64,000 bases of DNA from the human T2T-CHM13v2.0 reference genome, Homo sapiens. The notes under the pieces are model-generated. The model did no database searches, was not told where the DNA came from, and worked only from the letters and a program-made list of their open reading frames with translations. How positions within the stretch are numbered: the stretch's first letter is position 1; each line of letters opens with the position of its first letter. The DNA lies in NCBI RefSeq assembly GCF_009914755.1, contig NC_060934.1; one strand, written 5' to 3'. Below, one piece after another: positions 14,115-32,419 of the stretch. Both the position numbers and the translations under genes were made by a program.

Positions 14115-14662
14115 AATCTGGCAAGCCCTACCTTAACCAAGTGATGAAATTTAACATAATCAGTGATATCACATGGATATCATGTACCCCTTGATATACT
14201 GTGACAGGAAAAGTATGCCATTTCTGTGGTATTCCCTCCAGGAACCCATAATTCCAGTCTAATCATGAGAAAAGCAACAAACAAAATGAGATTGGTGAAC
14301 ATCCTAAATGACACCTGGGCAGTATTCCTCAAGACCATTAACATCATGGAAAACAGGAGATGGACTGACAAGCTGTCACAGAACAGAGAAGATTGGGGAG
14401 ACATAACTAAATGCAGTGTGGTACTGAGGATTAGATCCTGGAACAGAAAAAACATTCATGAAAAACTGCTGAAATCCAAATAACCATTATTAATAGTTAA
14501 TAGCAATGCATCAGTATCCATTTCTTTGTAGTGGCAAATGTAAGATACAGCATTAACAATGGAGAAAACTGGAAAAAAGGTAAATGGGAACTCTCTGTAC
14601 CACCTTTGCAACTTTTCTGTAAATCTAAAATTACTCCCAAATAAAAGCTTAAGTTAAAAAAA
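14115..14662 (+). mobile_element. L1MC 3' end
   Basis: ACCTTAACCAAGTGAT...GAACTCTCTGTACCACCTTTGCAACTTTTCTGTAAATCTAAAATTACTCCCAAATAAAA. Confidence 0.8.
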
Positions 14663-14916
14663 ACTAATTCAAGGGACATTTACAATAGTTCATTCACTTC
14701 ATATACAACATTTCATATAATCTTTATAAAAACTCATGAGAGATGTGATTATTCACATTTTAAAACTCAAAACACTAAGGTTTCAAGAGACTAAGTTTCT
14801 TAGCCAAGTGGCAGAGCTAGATGGTGGTATTTCTTGTATTGTAACCCACGTCAGTATAACTTCCAAGCCCTTATCCTAAAAACTATGTGACATTATTTCC
14901 TACATAGGAAAAATTT

Positions 14917-15181
14917 TTTTCTTTTTTCTTTTTTTATGACAGAGTCGCGCTCTGTCGCCGAGGCTGGAGTACAGTGGCGCGATCTAGGCTCACTGCAAGC
15001 TCCGCCTCCTGGGTTTATGCAGTTCTCCTGCCTCGGCCTCCTGAGTAGCTGAGACTACAGGCACCCACCACCACACCCAGCTAATTTTTTGTATTTTTAA
15101 TAGGGACGGGGTTTCATCATGCTAGGCAGGATGGTCTCGATCTTCTGACCTTGTGATCCGCCCGCCTCGGCCTCCCAAAGT
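14917..15181 (-). mobile_element. 5'-truncated AluY
   Basis: AluY diagnostics (GCAAGCTCCGCC, CAGGATGGTCTCGATC); ends at CCCAAAGT; TSD GGAAAAATTT at 14907-14916 and 15182-15191. Confidence 0.93.
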
Positions 15182-17277
15182 GGAAAAATTTCTTATTTGC
15201 TACACAGAATGAGGACTTGTATTTGTATAATATCATGTAGCTTATAAAGTGCTTCTATACAGTATCTTACTGATCATGACAATAGTCTTTGAGGGAATGA
15301 GGCTGCTATTATTAGTCCTATTTTAACTAAACAGGTGTTTGGTGCAAGGAGATAGAAACTAGTAAAGGAACAGAGATCTAAACCTAAGTCTACTGATTGC
15401 TAACCTTATGCCTTTTCACAAGACTCTGCTACTCTGGGAATAATGTTGCATGAGGTTAATAAATGGCTTGTGCTACTATATTTTTAGTTCCTTCCCTTCT
15501 GAAAATAAACACTGTCTGCTACTTCACTCAGGCTTTGGAGAGATTAACTTCGTTACAAAATGTAGGGAGGACAGTTAGAAGTAGCTATCAACCCACTGTT
15601 CATAGTCACTAATCACCCAAGAAAAGACACTATGGTTTTCTTGGCTTGCTACGATTTCCCCCTTGTATATGTGGTCTGGGTTTTAGTTTTAGTTCTGTCA
15701 TTAGCACTGTGAGCTAGGTAACTCATCTCTTTCGGTGTCTGTCTTTCTATCTGTAAAAATGGGATAATGATACTTCTGCCGACCCTCTCACAAGATTGAG
15801 TACATAGCACATCAGAAATGGAATATAAGTGGAAAATAGAGAAAAGGTGTAGAAAGAATACGGAATTGTTTTATTCCTTACATCTGTCAAACTTGGTGTA
15901 CTGTTTCTGTACTGATAATCTTAGTGATTTTTGTATTTCCCACAACGTTGTACAAGCTCTACCTACAGTCATCAGTGTAACTTAGAGGATAAATAGTTTA
16001 ATGTTTAGAAAGGATGCACAGCTCCTCAGATGAGTAATAATTAAAAGTATAAATATTTAGAAAAAGGTAAGGCAAATTCTCTGATATTACTGTACAATCA
16101 CAACTTAATACATAATTCTCTCTGAAGTGACCTATACATTATGCTTCTTTATTTAGAAGGACAGTGTCAAGGTTTAGTTTGTTTCTGAAAGGTGAAAAAC
16201 TTGAACATAGATTATAATCAAGAAGCTAAAGTTAAAATTATTTCTTTTGCTCTAATGGTAGCAATGTGTAATCTGATGGTAAATTGTAGTAACTTTAATG
16301 CCATGGGGACTTTGAAATGTTAAAAATACAAATGTATTTTGAATTTGGAGCCTATGCTTTGTCATCTCTGCCCAAGGCAATTACAGAATCCATGAGCCCA
16401 AATAGCAAGTCCTTGACGCCTGCGAAAAAGGACTAGATCAGTGAACATAACAAATATAACGTTACAGCAGTGGACAGGGGCAAAGGGGCAGGTGGCAGAG
16501 TTTATGTAAGGAAAACTGACAAGGCATGACCATTTCTCCCAAAGGACATCAAGCATGATAAACTTAATGTAGTAAATAGGCACACAGATAAAAGAGAAAT
16601 TAATGACTGTCACCTCCTAAATGTATGTTGTGGTAGTGGTGTTTGTAGTTGTTTTATTTTAACTGATGATACCATAGGTTCAAAGGTTCTTGTTTGTCCA
16701 TTTACCCTAAAATTTTACATAAAGTCAAAATAGGCATTAAACAGTAAAGTTAATCAGGGATTTCTTTGGATGGAGAAGTATAAAGAATTCAGCTCCTCAA
16801 GGATTGATACTTATTTATAATCTTTTTTTAAATGCTCCAGAAGAAAGCTCACAGGAGATTTCCAAGTTAAGAAGACATTAAATGTTTCCAGCTGACGAAG
16901 AAACACACAGATGGGATTTAAAAAGACCTTAAAGTCTGTGCAAGTGGGTAGAGAAGTAACATATGAGTTTTAACCCTGGCAAGAGAACAAAATATATTTA
17001 GGAATATTATTTTAAAAAATACAAGTGGAGGGCTTTAAGCTATCAGTTAATTAATTCAACCATTCCTTCAACCTGTACTATGTTGAGCCTCTCCTATGCT
17101 GAGCCTCGACTTTGCATCAAGGCAGTGTGCTAAATGTTGGAAATGCAAAGATAAAGATCAGGAGGGGAGACAAATAAACACATTTACATGGGAACTAAAA
17201 TAGAGTTACCCACAGCATAGAGGACAGTCTCTCAGTTTGAAGGGATTAAATAAAATTTCTCAGAGAATGTGAATCTT

Positions 17278-17763
17278 TTTTCCAGCTTTATTGAGGTACA
17301 ATTAACAAATAAAAATTGTGTAGATTCAAGGTGTACTATATGATGCTTTCATATACATATACATTGTGTAATGATTACTACAATCATATTAATCAATATA
17401 TCCATCACCACACAGTTACCCTTTGCGTTTGTGTGTATGTGCTGTGAGAACATGTAAGATCTATTCTCTTAGCAAATTTCAAGTAAGCAATACATTATTA
17501 TTAACTGTCTTCACCATGCTGTGAGTTAGGTCCCTAGAACTTACTCATCTTATAATTGAAAGTGTATACCCTTTGACCAATATGTCCCCGTTTCCCCCAC
17601 ATGCCAACCCCTGGCAACTATGGTAAAACTGCTTCTATGAGTTTGACTTGTTTAGATTCCACATATAAATACAATCATACAATATTTATCTTTCTGTGCC
17701 GGGCTTATTTGACTTAGCATAATGTCCTTCAGGTTCATCCAAGTTGTCATAAGTGGTGGGATT
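17278..17763 (-). mobile_element. L1MA (MA8/9-like) 3' fragment
   Basis: CAGCTTTATTGAGGTACAATT...TTTAGATTCCACATATAA...; TSD TCAGAGAA(T/G)GTGAATCTT at 17260-17277 and 17764-17781. Confidence 0.88.
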
Positions 17764-20427
17764 TCAGAGAAGGTGAATCTTAAACAGTGAGTAGAAGTTA
17801 TCCCTATGAGGGAGGACCCACAGACCCTTTGAAGGAAGCGGACTGCTCCTGCAAAATCTGGGAGACACCACAAATACTGTGAGTGCCCCAACTGCGGAAG
17901 TGGGAAAGGGAGAGCCTCCTCTCCTGAATACACAACCCCACTGGGGCAAATGAAGGTCTGTTTGCGGGAGAAGTTTCTGACCTTACCTGGAGCTGAGTCA
18001 ATTTAAAGAGCCAAGCAAAAAAAAATATAGAGAGGAAGCAGCAGAAAGTCCCTAGGAGCTCGCTGGGTCCCCAGTCAGGCCATTCCTGCCTGGCATCACA
18101 GGGATCCACTGGGAGGGCAGCCAGAGAAGCAGGGGTTGGGGGAGGGGGAAGCACCACAGGGAGAAGGAAAATTCCAGCTGAACTTCGTAACAATTTGAAC
18201 AGGGTGAGAAGCCTCATGGCCAGAACTTGAGGGAGGGTGTGAATCCAGCATGCAGACTCCACAGCGTGGGGGAAGAACCAGGCCGTTTTCATTTGAAGGT
18301 GGCAGGCAGGTAGCCTGGGGCAAGTTCTCAAGCCCAGCTTGCCCACCACCTGGAAACAGACTTGGGGCTGTTTGGGGGCACGGTGGGAGTGAGACCAGCC
18401 CTTTGGTTTGCCTGGGAGCTGGGTGAGGCCTGTGATGGCCAGCTTTCCCCCACTTCCCTGACAACCTGGATGACTCAGGAGAGGCAGCCATAATCTTCTT
18501 AGGTGCACAACTCCATTGACCTGGGAATCTCACTCCCACCCCCTACAGCAGCCACAGCAAGACCCACCCAAGGACAGTCTCAGCTCAGACACGCCTAGCT
18601 CTGTCCCTATTTGATGGTCCTTCCCTATCCACCCTGGTAGCTGAAGACAAAGGGCATATAATCTTGGTAGTTCTAGGACCTGCACGCTGCCAGTTCCTCT
18701 CCATACTACCACAGCTGATGCTCTCTACAAAACCCCATCTCCTGGCAGGAGGCCAACCAGCACAAAAATAGAGCATTAAACCACCAAAGCTAAGAACCCT
18801 CACGGAGTCCACTGCACCCCGCTGCCACCTCCACCAGAACAGGAACTGGTATCCACAGCTGAGAGAGCCATATATGGTTCACATCACAGGACTCTGTGCA
18901 GATAACCCACAGTACCAACCCAGAGCAGGGTAGACTTGCTGGGTGGCTAGACCCAGAAGAGAGACAACAGTCATTGCAGTTCGGCTCACAGGAAGCCACA
19001 CCCATAGGAAAAGCGGGAGAGTACTACATCAAGGGAACACCCCTTGGGACAAAAGAATCTGAAAAACAGCCTTCAGCCCTAGACCTTCCCTCTAACAGAG
19101 CCTACACAAATAAGAAGGAACCAGAAGAAAAAATCTGGTAATATGACAAAACAAGGCTCTTTAGCACCCCCAAAAAGCACACTACCTCACCAGCAATGGA
19201 TCCAAACCAAGAAGAAATCCCTGTTTTACCTGAAAAAGAATTCAGGAGGTTAGTTATTAAGCTAATCAGGGAGGGACCAGAGAAAGGTGAAACCTAATGC
19301 AAGGAAATCCAAAAAACAATACAAGAAGTGAAGGGAGAAATATTCAAGGAGATAGATAGCTTAAAGAAAAAACAACCACAAATTCAGGAAACATTGGACA
19401 CACTTTAGTAATGCAAGAAGCTCTGGAAAGTCTCAGGAATAGAACTGAACAAGTAGAAGAAAGAAATCCAGAGCTCAAAGACAGGTCTTCAAATTAACCC
19501 AATCCAACAAAGACAAAGAAAAAAGAATAAGAAAATATGAACAAAGCCTCCAAGAAGTCTAGGATTATGTTAAACGACCAAACCTAAGAATAATTGATGT
19601 TCTGGAGGAAGGGGAGAATCCTAAAACCTTGGAAAACATATTTAGGGGAATAATCAAGGAAAACTTCCCCAGCCTTGCTAGAGACCTAGACATCCAATTA
19701 CAAGAAACACAAAGAACACCTGGAAAATTCAGCCTGAACAGATCGTCTCCTAGACACATTGTCATCAGGTTATCCGAAGTTAAGATGAAGGAAAGAATCT
19801 TAAGAGCTGTGAGACAGAAGCACCAGGTAACCTACAAAGGAAAACCTATCATATTAACAGCAGATTTCTCACCAGAAACCCTACAAGTAAGAAGCAATTG
19901 GGACCCTATCTTCAGCCTTGTCAAACAAAACAATTATCAGCCAAGAATTTTGTATCCAGTGAAACTAAGCATCATATATGAAGGAAAGATACAGTCTTTT
20001 TCAGACAAACAAATGCTAAGAGAATTTACCATTACCAAGCCACCACTACAACAACTGCTAATAAGAAGCTCTAAACCTTGAAACAAATCCTAGAAACACA
20101 TCAAAACAGAACCTCTTTAAAGCAGAAATCATACAGGACCTATAAAACAAAACTACAAGTTAAAAAGCAAAAACAAAAAACCAAAGTACATAGACAACAA
20201 ATAGCATGATGAATGCAATGGTACCTCACATCTCAATACTAACACAGAATGTAAATGGCTTAAATGCTCGACTTAAAAGATACAGAACCACAGAATGCAG
20301 AAGAACTCACCAACCAACCATCTGCTGCCTTCAGAAGACTCACCTAACATGTAAAGACTCACATAAACTTAAAGGGGTGGAAAAAGGTATTTCATGCAAA
20401 TGGACACCAAAAGCAAGCAAAGGTAGC

Positions 20428-20734
<307 letters not shown>

Positions 20735-21676
20735 AAAGGGGTAGCTATTCTTATATCAGACAAAACAAACTTAAAGCAACAGCAGCCAAAAGAGACAAAG
20801 AGGGACATTATATAATGATAAAAGGCCTTGTCCAACAGGACAATATCACAATCCTAAACATATATGCAACACTGGAGCTCCCAAATTTATAAAACAATTA
20901 CTAATAGATCTACGCAATGAGATAGCAACACAATAATAGTGGGGGACTTCAATACTCTACTGACAGCACTAGACAAGTCATCAAGACAAAAAGTCAACAA
21001 AGGAACAATTGATTTAAATTATACCTTGGAACAAATGAACTTAACAGATATATACAGAACATTTCATCCAACAACCACAAAATACACATTTTATTCAACA
21101 GCACATGGAACTTTCTCCAAGACAGACTATATGATAGGCCATAAAATGAGCCTCAATAAATTTAAGAAAATTGAAATTATATCAAGCACTCTCTCAGACC
21201 ACAGTGGGAAAAAAACTGGAAATCAACTCCAAAAGGAACCTTCAAAACCATGCAAACACATGGAAATTAAATAACGTGCTCCTGAATTAGCATTGGGTCA
21301 AAAATGAAATCAAGATGGAAATTTAAAAATTCTTCGAACTGAACAAAAACCTCTGGGATACAGCAAAGGCGGTGCTAAGAGGAAAGTTCACAGCCCTAAA
21401 CACCTACACCAAAAAGACTGAAAAAGCACAAACTGACACTCTACGGCTATACCTCAAGGAACTAGAGAAACAAGAACAAACCAAACCCAAACCCAGCAGA
21501 AGAAAGGAAATAACCAAGATCAGAGCAGAACTAAATGAAATCGAAACAAAATGAAAACAGATGATAAATGAAACAAAAAGTTAGTTTTTTTGAAAAGATA
21601 AATAAAATTGGTTAGCAAGACTAACCAAGAAAAGACAAGCGAAAATCCAAATAACCTCATTAAGAAACAGGAGATA

Positions 21677-21986
<310 letters not shown>

Positions 21987-24009
21987 TTACAACTGATACC
22001 ACTGAAATACAAAAGATCATTCAAGGCTACTGTGAACACCTTTATGCAGATAAACTAGAAACCTAGAAAAGATGGATAAATTCCTGGAAAAATACAACCC
22101 TCCTAGCTTAAATCGGTAAGAATTAGATACCCTGAACAGACCAATAACAAGCAGCGAGATTGAAATAGTAATTAATAAATTACCAACAAAAAAATCCAGG
22201 ACCAGATGGACTCACAGCAGAATTCTTCCAGACATTCAAAGAATTAGTACCAACCCTTTTGACACTATTCCACAAGATAGAGAAAGAAGGAACCCTCCCT
22301 AATTCACTCTATGAAGCCAGCATCACCCTAGCACCAGAACCAGGAAAAGACATAAACAAAAAAGAAAATTATGGACCGAGATCCCTGATGAATATAGATG
22401 CTAAAATCCTTAACAAAATACTGGCTAACTGAAACCAAAAACATATCAAAAAGATAATCCACCATGCTCAAGTGGGTTTCATACCAGGGATGCAGGGATG
22501 GTTTAACATATGCAAGTCAATAAATGTGATACACCACATAAACAGAATTAAAAACAAAAATCACATGATCATCTCAATAGATGCAGAAAAAGCATTTGAC
22601 AAAATCCAGGATCCATTTATAATTAAAATATCAGGAAAATCGGCATACAAGGGACATACCTCAATGGAATAAAAGCCATCTATGACAAACCCACAGTCAA
22701 CATTATACTGAATGGGGAAAAGTTGAAAGCATTCCCTCTGAGAACTGGAACAAGACAAGGATGGCCATTCTCACCACTCCTCTGCAACATAGTACTGGAA
22801 GTCCTAGCCAGAGCAATCAGACAAGAGAAAGAAATAAAGGGCATCCAAATTGGTAAAGAGGAAGTCAAGCTGTCACTATTTACTGATGATATGATCGTTT
22901 ACCTTGAAAACCCTAAATACTCCTCCAGAAAGGTCCTAGAACGATACAAGAATTCAGCAAATTTTCCAGATAAAAGATTAATATACACAAATCAGTAGCT
23001 CTTCTATACACCAACAGTGACCAAGTGGAGAATCAAATCAAGAACTCAACACCTTTTACAATTGCTGCAAAAAATAAAATAAAATAAAATACCTAGGAAT
23101 ATACCTAACAAAGGAGTCGAAAGACCTCTACAAGGAAAACTACAAAACACTGCTGAAAGAAATCACAGACAAAACAAATGGAAACACATCCCATGCTCAT
23201 GGATGGGTAGAATCAATATTGTGAAAATAACCATGCTGCCAAAAGCAATCTACAAATTTAATGCAATCCCCATCAAAATACTACCATCATTCTTCACAGG
23301 ATTAGAAAAAGCAATTCTAAAATTCATATGGAACCAAAAAAGAACCTGCATAGCCAAAGCAAGACTAAGCAAAAAGAACAAATCTGGAGGTATCACACCA
23401 CCTGATTTCAAACTATACTATAAGGCCATAGACATGAAAACAGAGTGGTACTGGTATAAAAATAGGCACATAGACCAATGGAACAGAATAGAGAACCCAG
23501 AAATAAACCCAAATACTTAAAGCCAACTCATCTTTCACAAAGCAAACAAAAACACAAAGTGAGGAAAGGACACCCTTTTCAACAAATGGTGCTGGGATAA
23601 CTGACTAGCCACATGCAGGAGAATGAAACTGAATCCTCATCTCTCACCTTATACAAAAATCAACTCAAGATGGATTAAGGACTTAAATCTAAGACCTGAA
23701 ATTATAAAAACTCTATACGATAACATTGGCTTAGGCAAAGATTTCATCACCAAGAACCCAAAAGCAAATACAAAGATAAACAGTTGGGACTTAATTAAAC
23801 TAAAGAGCTTTTGCATGGCAAAAGGAACAGTGAGCAGAATAAACAGACAATCCACAGAATGGGAGAAAATCTTCACAATCCGTAATCTGACAAAGGACTA
23901 ATATCCAGAATCTACAATGAACTCAAACAAATCAATAAGAAAAAAACAAAAATCCCATCAAAAAGTGGGCTAAGGACATGAATAGACAATGCTCAAAAGA
24001 AGATATACA

Positions 24010-24911
24010 GAGAAGCCAAGATAGCTGAATAGGAACAGCTCGGTCTACAGCTCCCAGCTTGAGCGACGCAGAAGACAGGTGATTTCTGCATTTTCATCTG
24101 AGGTACAGGGTTCATCTCACTACGGAATACCAGACACTGGGCGCAGGTCAGTGTGTGCACACACCGTGCGCGAGCCGAAGCAGGGTGAGGCATTGCCTCA
24201 CTCGGGAAGCGCAGGGGGTCAGGGAGTTCCCTTTCCTAGTCAAAGAAAGGGGTGACAGACCGCACCTGGAAGATCGGGTCACTCCCACCCGAATACTGCG
24301 CTTTTCCGACGGGCTTAAAAAACGGCGCACCAGGAGACTGTGTCCCGCACCTGGCTGGGAGGGTCCTACGCCCACCGAGTCTCGCTGATTGCTAGCACAG
24401 CAGTCTGAGATCAAACTGCAAGGCGGCAGCGAGGCTGGGGGAGGGGCGCCCGCCATTGCCCAGGCGTGCTTAGGTAAACAAAGCAGCTGGGAAGCTCAAA
24501 CTGGGTGGAGCCCACCACAGCTCAAGGAGGCCTGCCTGCCTCTGTAGGCTCCACCTCTGGGGGCAGCGCACAGACAAACAGAAAGACAGCAGTAACCTCT
24601 GCAGACTTAAATGTCCCTGTCTGACAGCTTTGAAGAGAGCAGTGGTTCTCCCAGCACGCAGCTGGAGATCTGAGAACCAGCAGACTGCCTCCTCAAGTGG
24701 GTCCCTCACCCTTGACCCCAGAGCAGCCTAACTGGGAGGCAACCCCTAGCAGGGGCAGACTGACACCTCACAGGGCCGGGTACTCCAACAGACCTGCAGC
24801 TGAGGGTCCTGTCTGTTAGAAGGAAAACTAACAAACAGAAAGGACATCCACACCAAAAACCCATCTGTACATGACCATCATCAAAGACCAAAAGTAGATA
24901 AAACCACAAAG
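24010..24911. promoter_or_regulatory. L1 5'UTR bidirectional promoter (sense plus antisense promoter); most CpG-rich tract in the window
   Basis: Complete 5'UTR, dense CpGs at ~24060-24470. The antisense promoter is an established property of L1PA 5'UTRs; activity here is inferred. Confidence 0.7.
24148..24456 (-). CDS. L1 ORF0 (antisense 5'UTR ORF), intact ATG, read out to 102 aa
   Basis: MAGAPPPASLPPCSLISDCCASNQRDSVGVGPS... matches primate L1 ORF0. Kozak GCAATGG. Donor motifs CAG|GTGCGG after 24351 and after 24266. Translation at this locus not shown. Confidence 0.75.
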   Translation of the reverse strand: MAGAPPPASLPPCSLISDCCASNQRDSVGVGPSQPGAGHSLLVRRFLSPSEKRSIRVGVTRSSRCGLSPLSLTRKGNSLTPCASRVRQCLTLLRLAHGVCTH

Positions 24912-25913
24912 ATGTGGAAAAAACAGAGCAGAAAAATTGGAAACTCTAAAAAGCAGAGCACCTCTCCTCCTCCAAAGGAACACAGTTCCTCACCAGCAAC
25001 AGAACAAAGCTGGACGGAGAATGAGAGAAGAAGGCTTCAGACGATCAACTTACTCCGAGCTACAGGAGGACATTCAAACCAAAGGCAAAGAAGTTGAAAA
25101 CTTTGAAAAAAATTTAGAAGAATGTATAACCACAAGAACCAATACAGAGAAGTGCTTAAAGGAGTTGATGGAGCTGAAAACCAAGGCTCAAGAACTACGT
25201 GAAGAATGCAGAAGCCTCAGGAGCCGATGCGATCAACTGGAAGAAAGGGTATCAGCAATGGAAGATGAAATGAATGAAATGAAGTGAGAAGGGAAGTTTA
25301 GACAAAAAAGAATAAAAAGAAACGAGCAAAGCCTCCAAGAAATATGGGACTATGTGAAAAGACCAAATCTACGTCTGATTGGTGTACCTGAAAGTGACGG
25401 GGAGAATGGAACCAAGTTGGAAAACACTCTGCAGGATATTATCCAGGAGAACTTCCCCAATCTAGCAAGGCAGGCCAACATTCAGATTCAGGAAATACAG
25501 AGAACGCCACAAAGACACTCCTCGAGAAGAGCAACTCCAAGACACATAATTGTCAGATTCACCAAAGTTAAAATGAAGGAAAAAATGTTAAGGGCAGCCA
25601 GAGACAAAGCTTGGGTTACCCTCAAAGGGAAGCCCATCAGACTAACAGCGGATCTCTCAGCAGAAACTCTACAAGCCAGAAGAGAGTGGGGGCCAATATT
25701 CAACATTCTTAAAGAAAAGAATTTTCAACCCAGAATTTCATATCCAGCCAAACTAAGCTTCATAAGTGAAGGAGAAATAAAATACTTTACAGAGAAGCAA
25801 ATCCTGAGAGATTTTGTCACCACCAGACCTGCCCTAAAAGAGCTCCTGAAGGAAGCACTAAACATGGAAGGAACAACTGGTACCAGCCACTGCAAAATCA
25901 TGCCAAAATGTAA
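24912..25913 (+). pseudogene. L1PA3 ORF1p, disrupted
   Basis: ATG 24912. 14-nt deletion near 25024 (GAGAATGAGAGAAG vs remembered GAGAATGACTTTGACGAGCTGAGAGAAG). CGA>TGA stop at 25285-25287. 1-nt deletion near 25870. Native TAA at 25911-25913. Confidence 0.9.
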
Positions 25914-25961
25914 AGACCATCGAGACTAGGAAAAAACTGCATCAACTAACGAGCAAAATAA

Positions 25962-29800
<3,839 letters not shown>

Positions 29801-30464
29801 ACAATGAGAACACATGGACACAGGAAGGGGAACATCACACTCTGGGGACTGTTGTGGGGTGGGGGGGGTGGGGAGGGATAGCATTGGGAGATATACCTAA
29901 TGCTAGATGACAAGTTAGTGGGTGTGGCGCGCCAACATGGCACATGTATACATATGTAACTAACCTGCACATTGTGCACATGTACCCTAAACCTTAAAGT
30001 ATAATAATAATAAATAAAAAATAAAAAAATAAAAAAAGAAGATATACAAATGGCCAACAAACATATGAAAAAATGCACATCACTAATGATCAGGGAAATG
30101 CAAATCAAAACTACAAGGCAATACCACCTTACTCCTGCAAGAATAGCCATAATCAAAAAATAAATAAAAAACAGTAGATGTTGGCATGGATGCAGTGATC
30201 AGGGAACATTTCTACACTGCTGATGGGAATGTAAACTAGTACAGCCACTATGGAAAACAGGGTGGATCTTACTTAAAGAGCTAAAGGTAGAACTACCATT
30301 TGATCCAGCAATCCCACTACTAGGTATCTACCCCAGAGGAAAAGAAGTCATTACATGAAAAAGATACTTACACACATATGTTTACAGCAGGACAATTCAC
30401 AATTGGAAAATTGTGGAACCAACCCAAATGCCCATCAATCAATGAGTGGATAAAGAAACTATGG

Positions 30465-30465
<1 letters not shown>

Positions 30466-30504
<39 letters not shown>
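30466..30504. repeat. (TA)n(CA)n compound microsatellite in L1PB
   Basis: TATATA...TACACACACACACA seen directly. Confidence 0.9.
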
Positions 30505-32419
30505 ATGGAATACTACTCAGTCATAAAAAGAAATGAATTAATAGCATTTGCAGCGACCTGGATGAGATTGGATACTATTATTCTAAGTGAAGTAACTCAG
30601 GAATGGAAAACCAAACATCATGTGTTCTCACTGATATGTGGGAGCTAAGCTATGAGGACACAAAGGCATAAGAATGATATAATGGACTTTGGGGACTTGG
30701 GGTGGGGAGGTGTGGAATTGGGGGAAGGGATAAAAGACTATAAATATGGCGCAGTGTATACCGCTCAGATGATGGGTGCACCAAAATTTTACAAGTCACC
30801 ACCAAAGAACTTACTCTAGTAACCAAATACCACCTATTCCCCAATAACTTATGGAAATTTTTTTAAAAAATTAAAATTAAAAAATTCAAACATTGCCTAA
30901 GTATAATAGAAAAAAAAAGAAGCTATCCCTATGAGCAATGCAGAACAAAAGAGCATGTGGAAAGGTCTGAAGCATGAAAAGGCGAGGAAGGTGCAGGTCA
31001 CTGCAGGTGATATGACAAATACAGGAAACCTAAGCATGAATGGTGATGAATCCAGCAGAAAAAGGTAGGCAAGAGACATTTCACGTGCTCTGCTAAAGAA
31101 CTCTGAAAGCAACAAGCTCAGATGTGTATTTACAAAGATTGCTCTGGCAATGGGTTTTTGAGTGGATTGGAGAGAATGAAATTGCAGTCAGAGAGACCAG
31201 GCAATAACCCAGGTCTGGGAAAGAGACAGTAAGTGCCTGAACACTATTGCTAGGCTATAGTGGGAGAGATCCAGGAAATTTTTAGGAGGTACAAATGGTA
31301 GGATTTTGGTATATCTAGATGGGAGTAGGGAAGAGAAGATATTTGAAAGCATCTAGAGAATTGTTTCAGCAATCGTGGAAGTGGTGATGCATTCACCACA
31401 ATGAGAATACAGAGAGAAGAATGTACTTGGAAGAAAAAGGTGAATACATTTTGTAATCTGCCAAATGTAATATATCAGCACAAGATCCAAATGAAAATAC
31501 AATACACATGAATCTAGACTTCAGAGGAGAGTCTGGGCCAGAAATAGAGATATGTGAAACACCAGCTCACAGTTGGGAGCTAAAGCCATGTGTGTGAAGG
31601 CTACAGGACCTGCATCCAGGGTGAATATTACAATAAGGAGAAGAATCTAGGAGTCATCGTAAATTGTTCCTTGAGTATATCAACCCAGTAATTTTATGTG
31701 CTAGCCCAAAAGGCCAAATATATATTTATATTAGCAAGAAGGGTATCAGCAAATACTAAACTAAAAAAAAAAAAATTCAATTAAAAATATTTTTAAATAG
31801 GCCAGAAAACGCATGCAGGCTACAGAGTTAGAATCTAAACTACTGTGGGTAATCATGGTCATCATACCTTAAGATAACAAATGATTTTTCTTTAAAAGCA
31901 ATTTTGAACAGAATGACTTCTGTTTCTGGAAAGCTTAAAAATATGAGGTCTGTTCACCTTGGAAAGGGGAAATTTTTATTGGAAAACGCATGATAAAAAC
32001 ATCTGTAAATCATGAACGAACTTGATAACTTGTTAATGGGCTTCTTTACTTAAATCTGGAGATACTAGGTCATAGAAGTAGCTTTTTAGATTTGAGTAAA
32101 ATAAATTATATCTGTTCATACTTCTGTCTTCACTACTTCATTATAATTCTCTTGAATGCAAGTACTATGGCTTACTTATTTTATACCTCATTATCTAGTA
32201 GTATACAGCACATATTAGGAGTTTAATACATTTTTGTTAAGGAAACAGACAAATGAATAAGAATTAAGCCAGAGGAAGTCAATATGCTCAAAAGGAGATA
32301 GAAACTCCAGATATGATTACTCCAAGAAATAAAACATGGGGAAAATATACCTTAATCCAGAGAGTTTGAATAAATTTATGCATGGCAATGCCACAGAAAG
32401 CTGAAGAGCAAAATTAAAC

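Noticed and set aside
29845-29878. G-quadruplex-forming tract
   Set aside because: Standard feature of every L1PA 3'UTR, not locus-specific.
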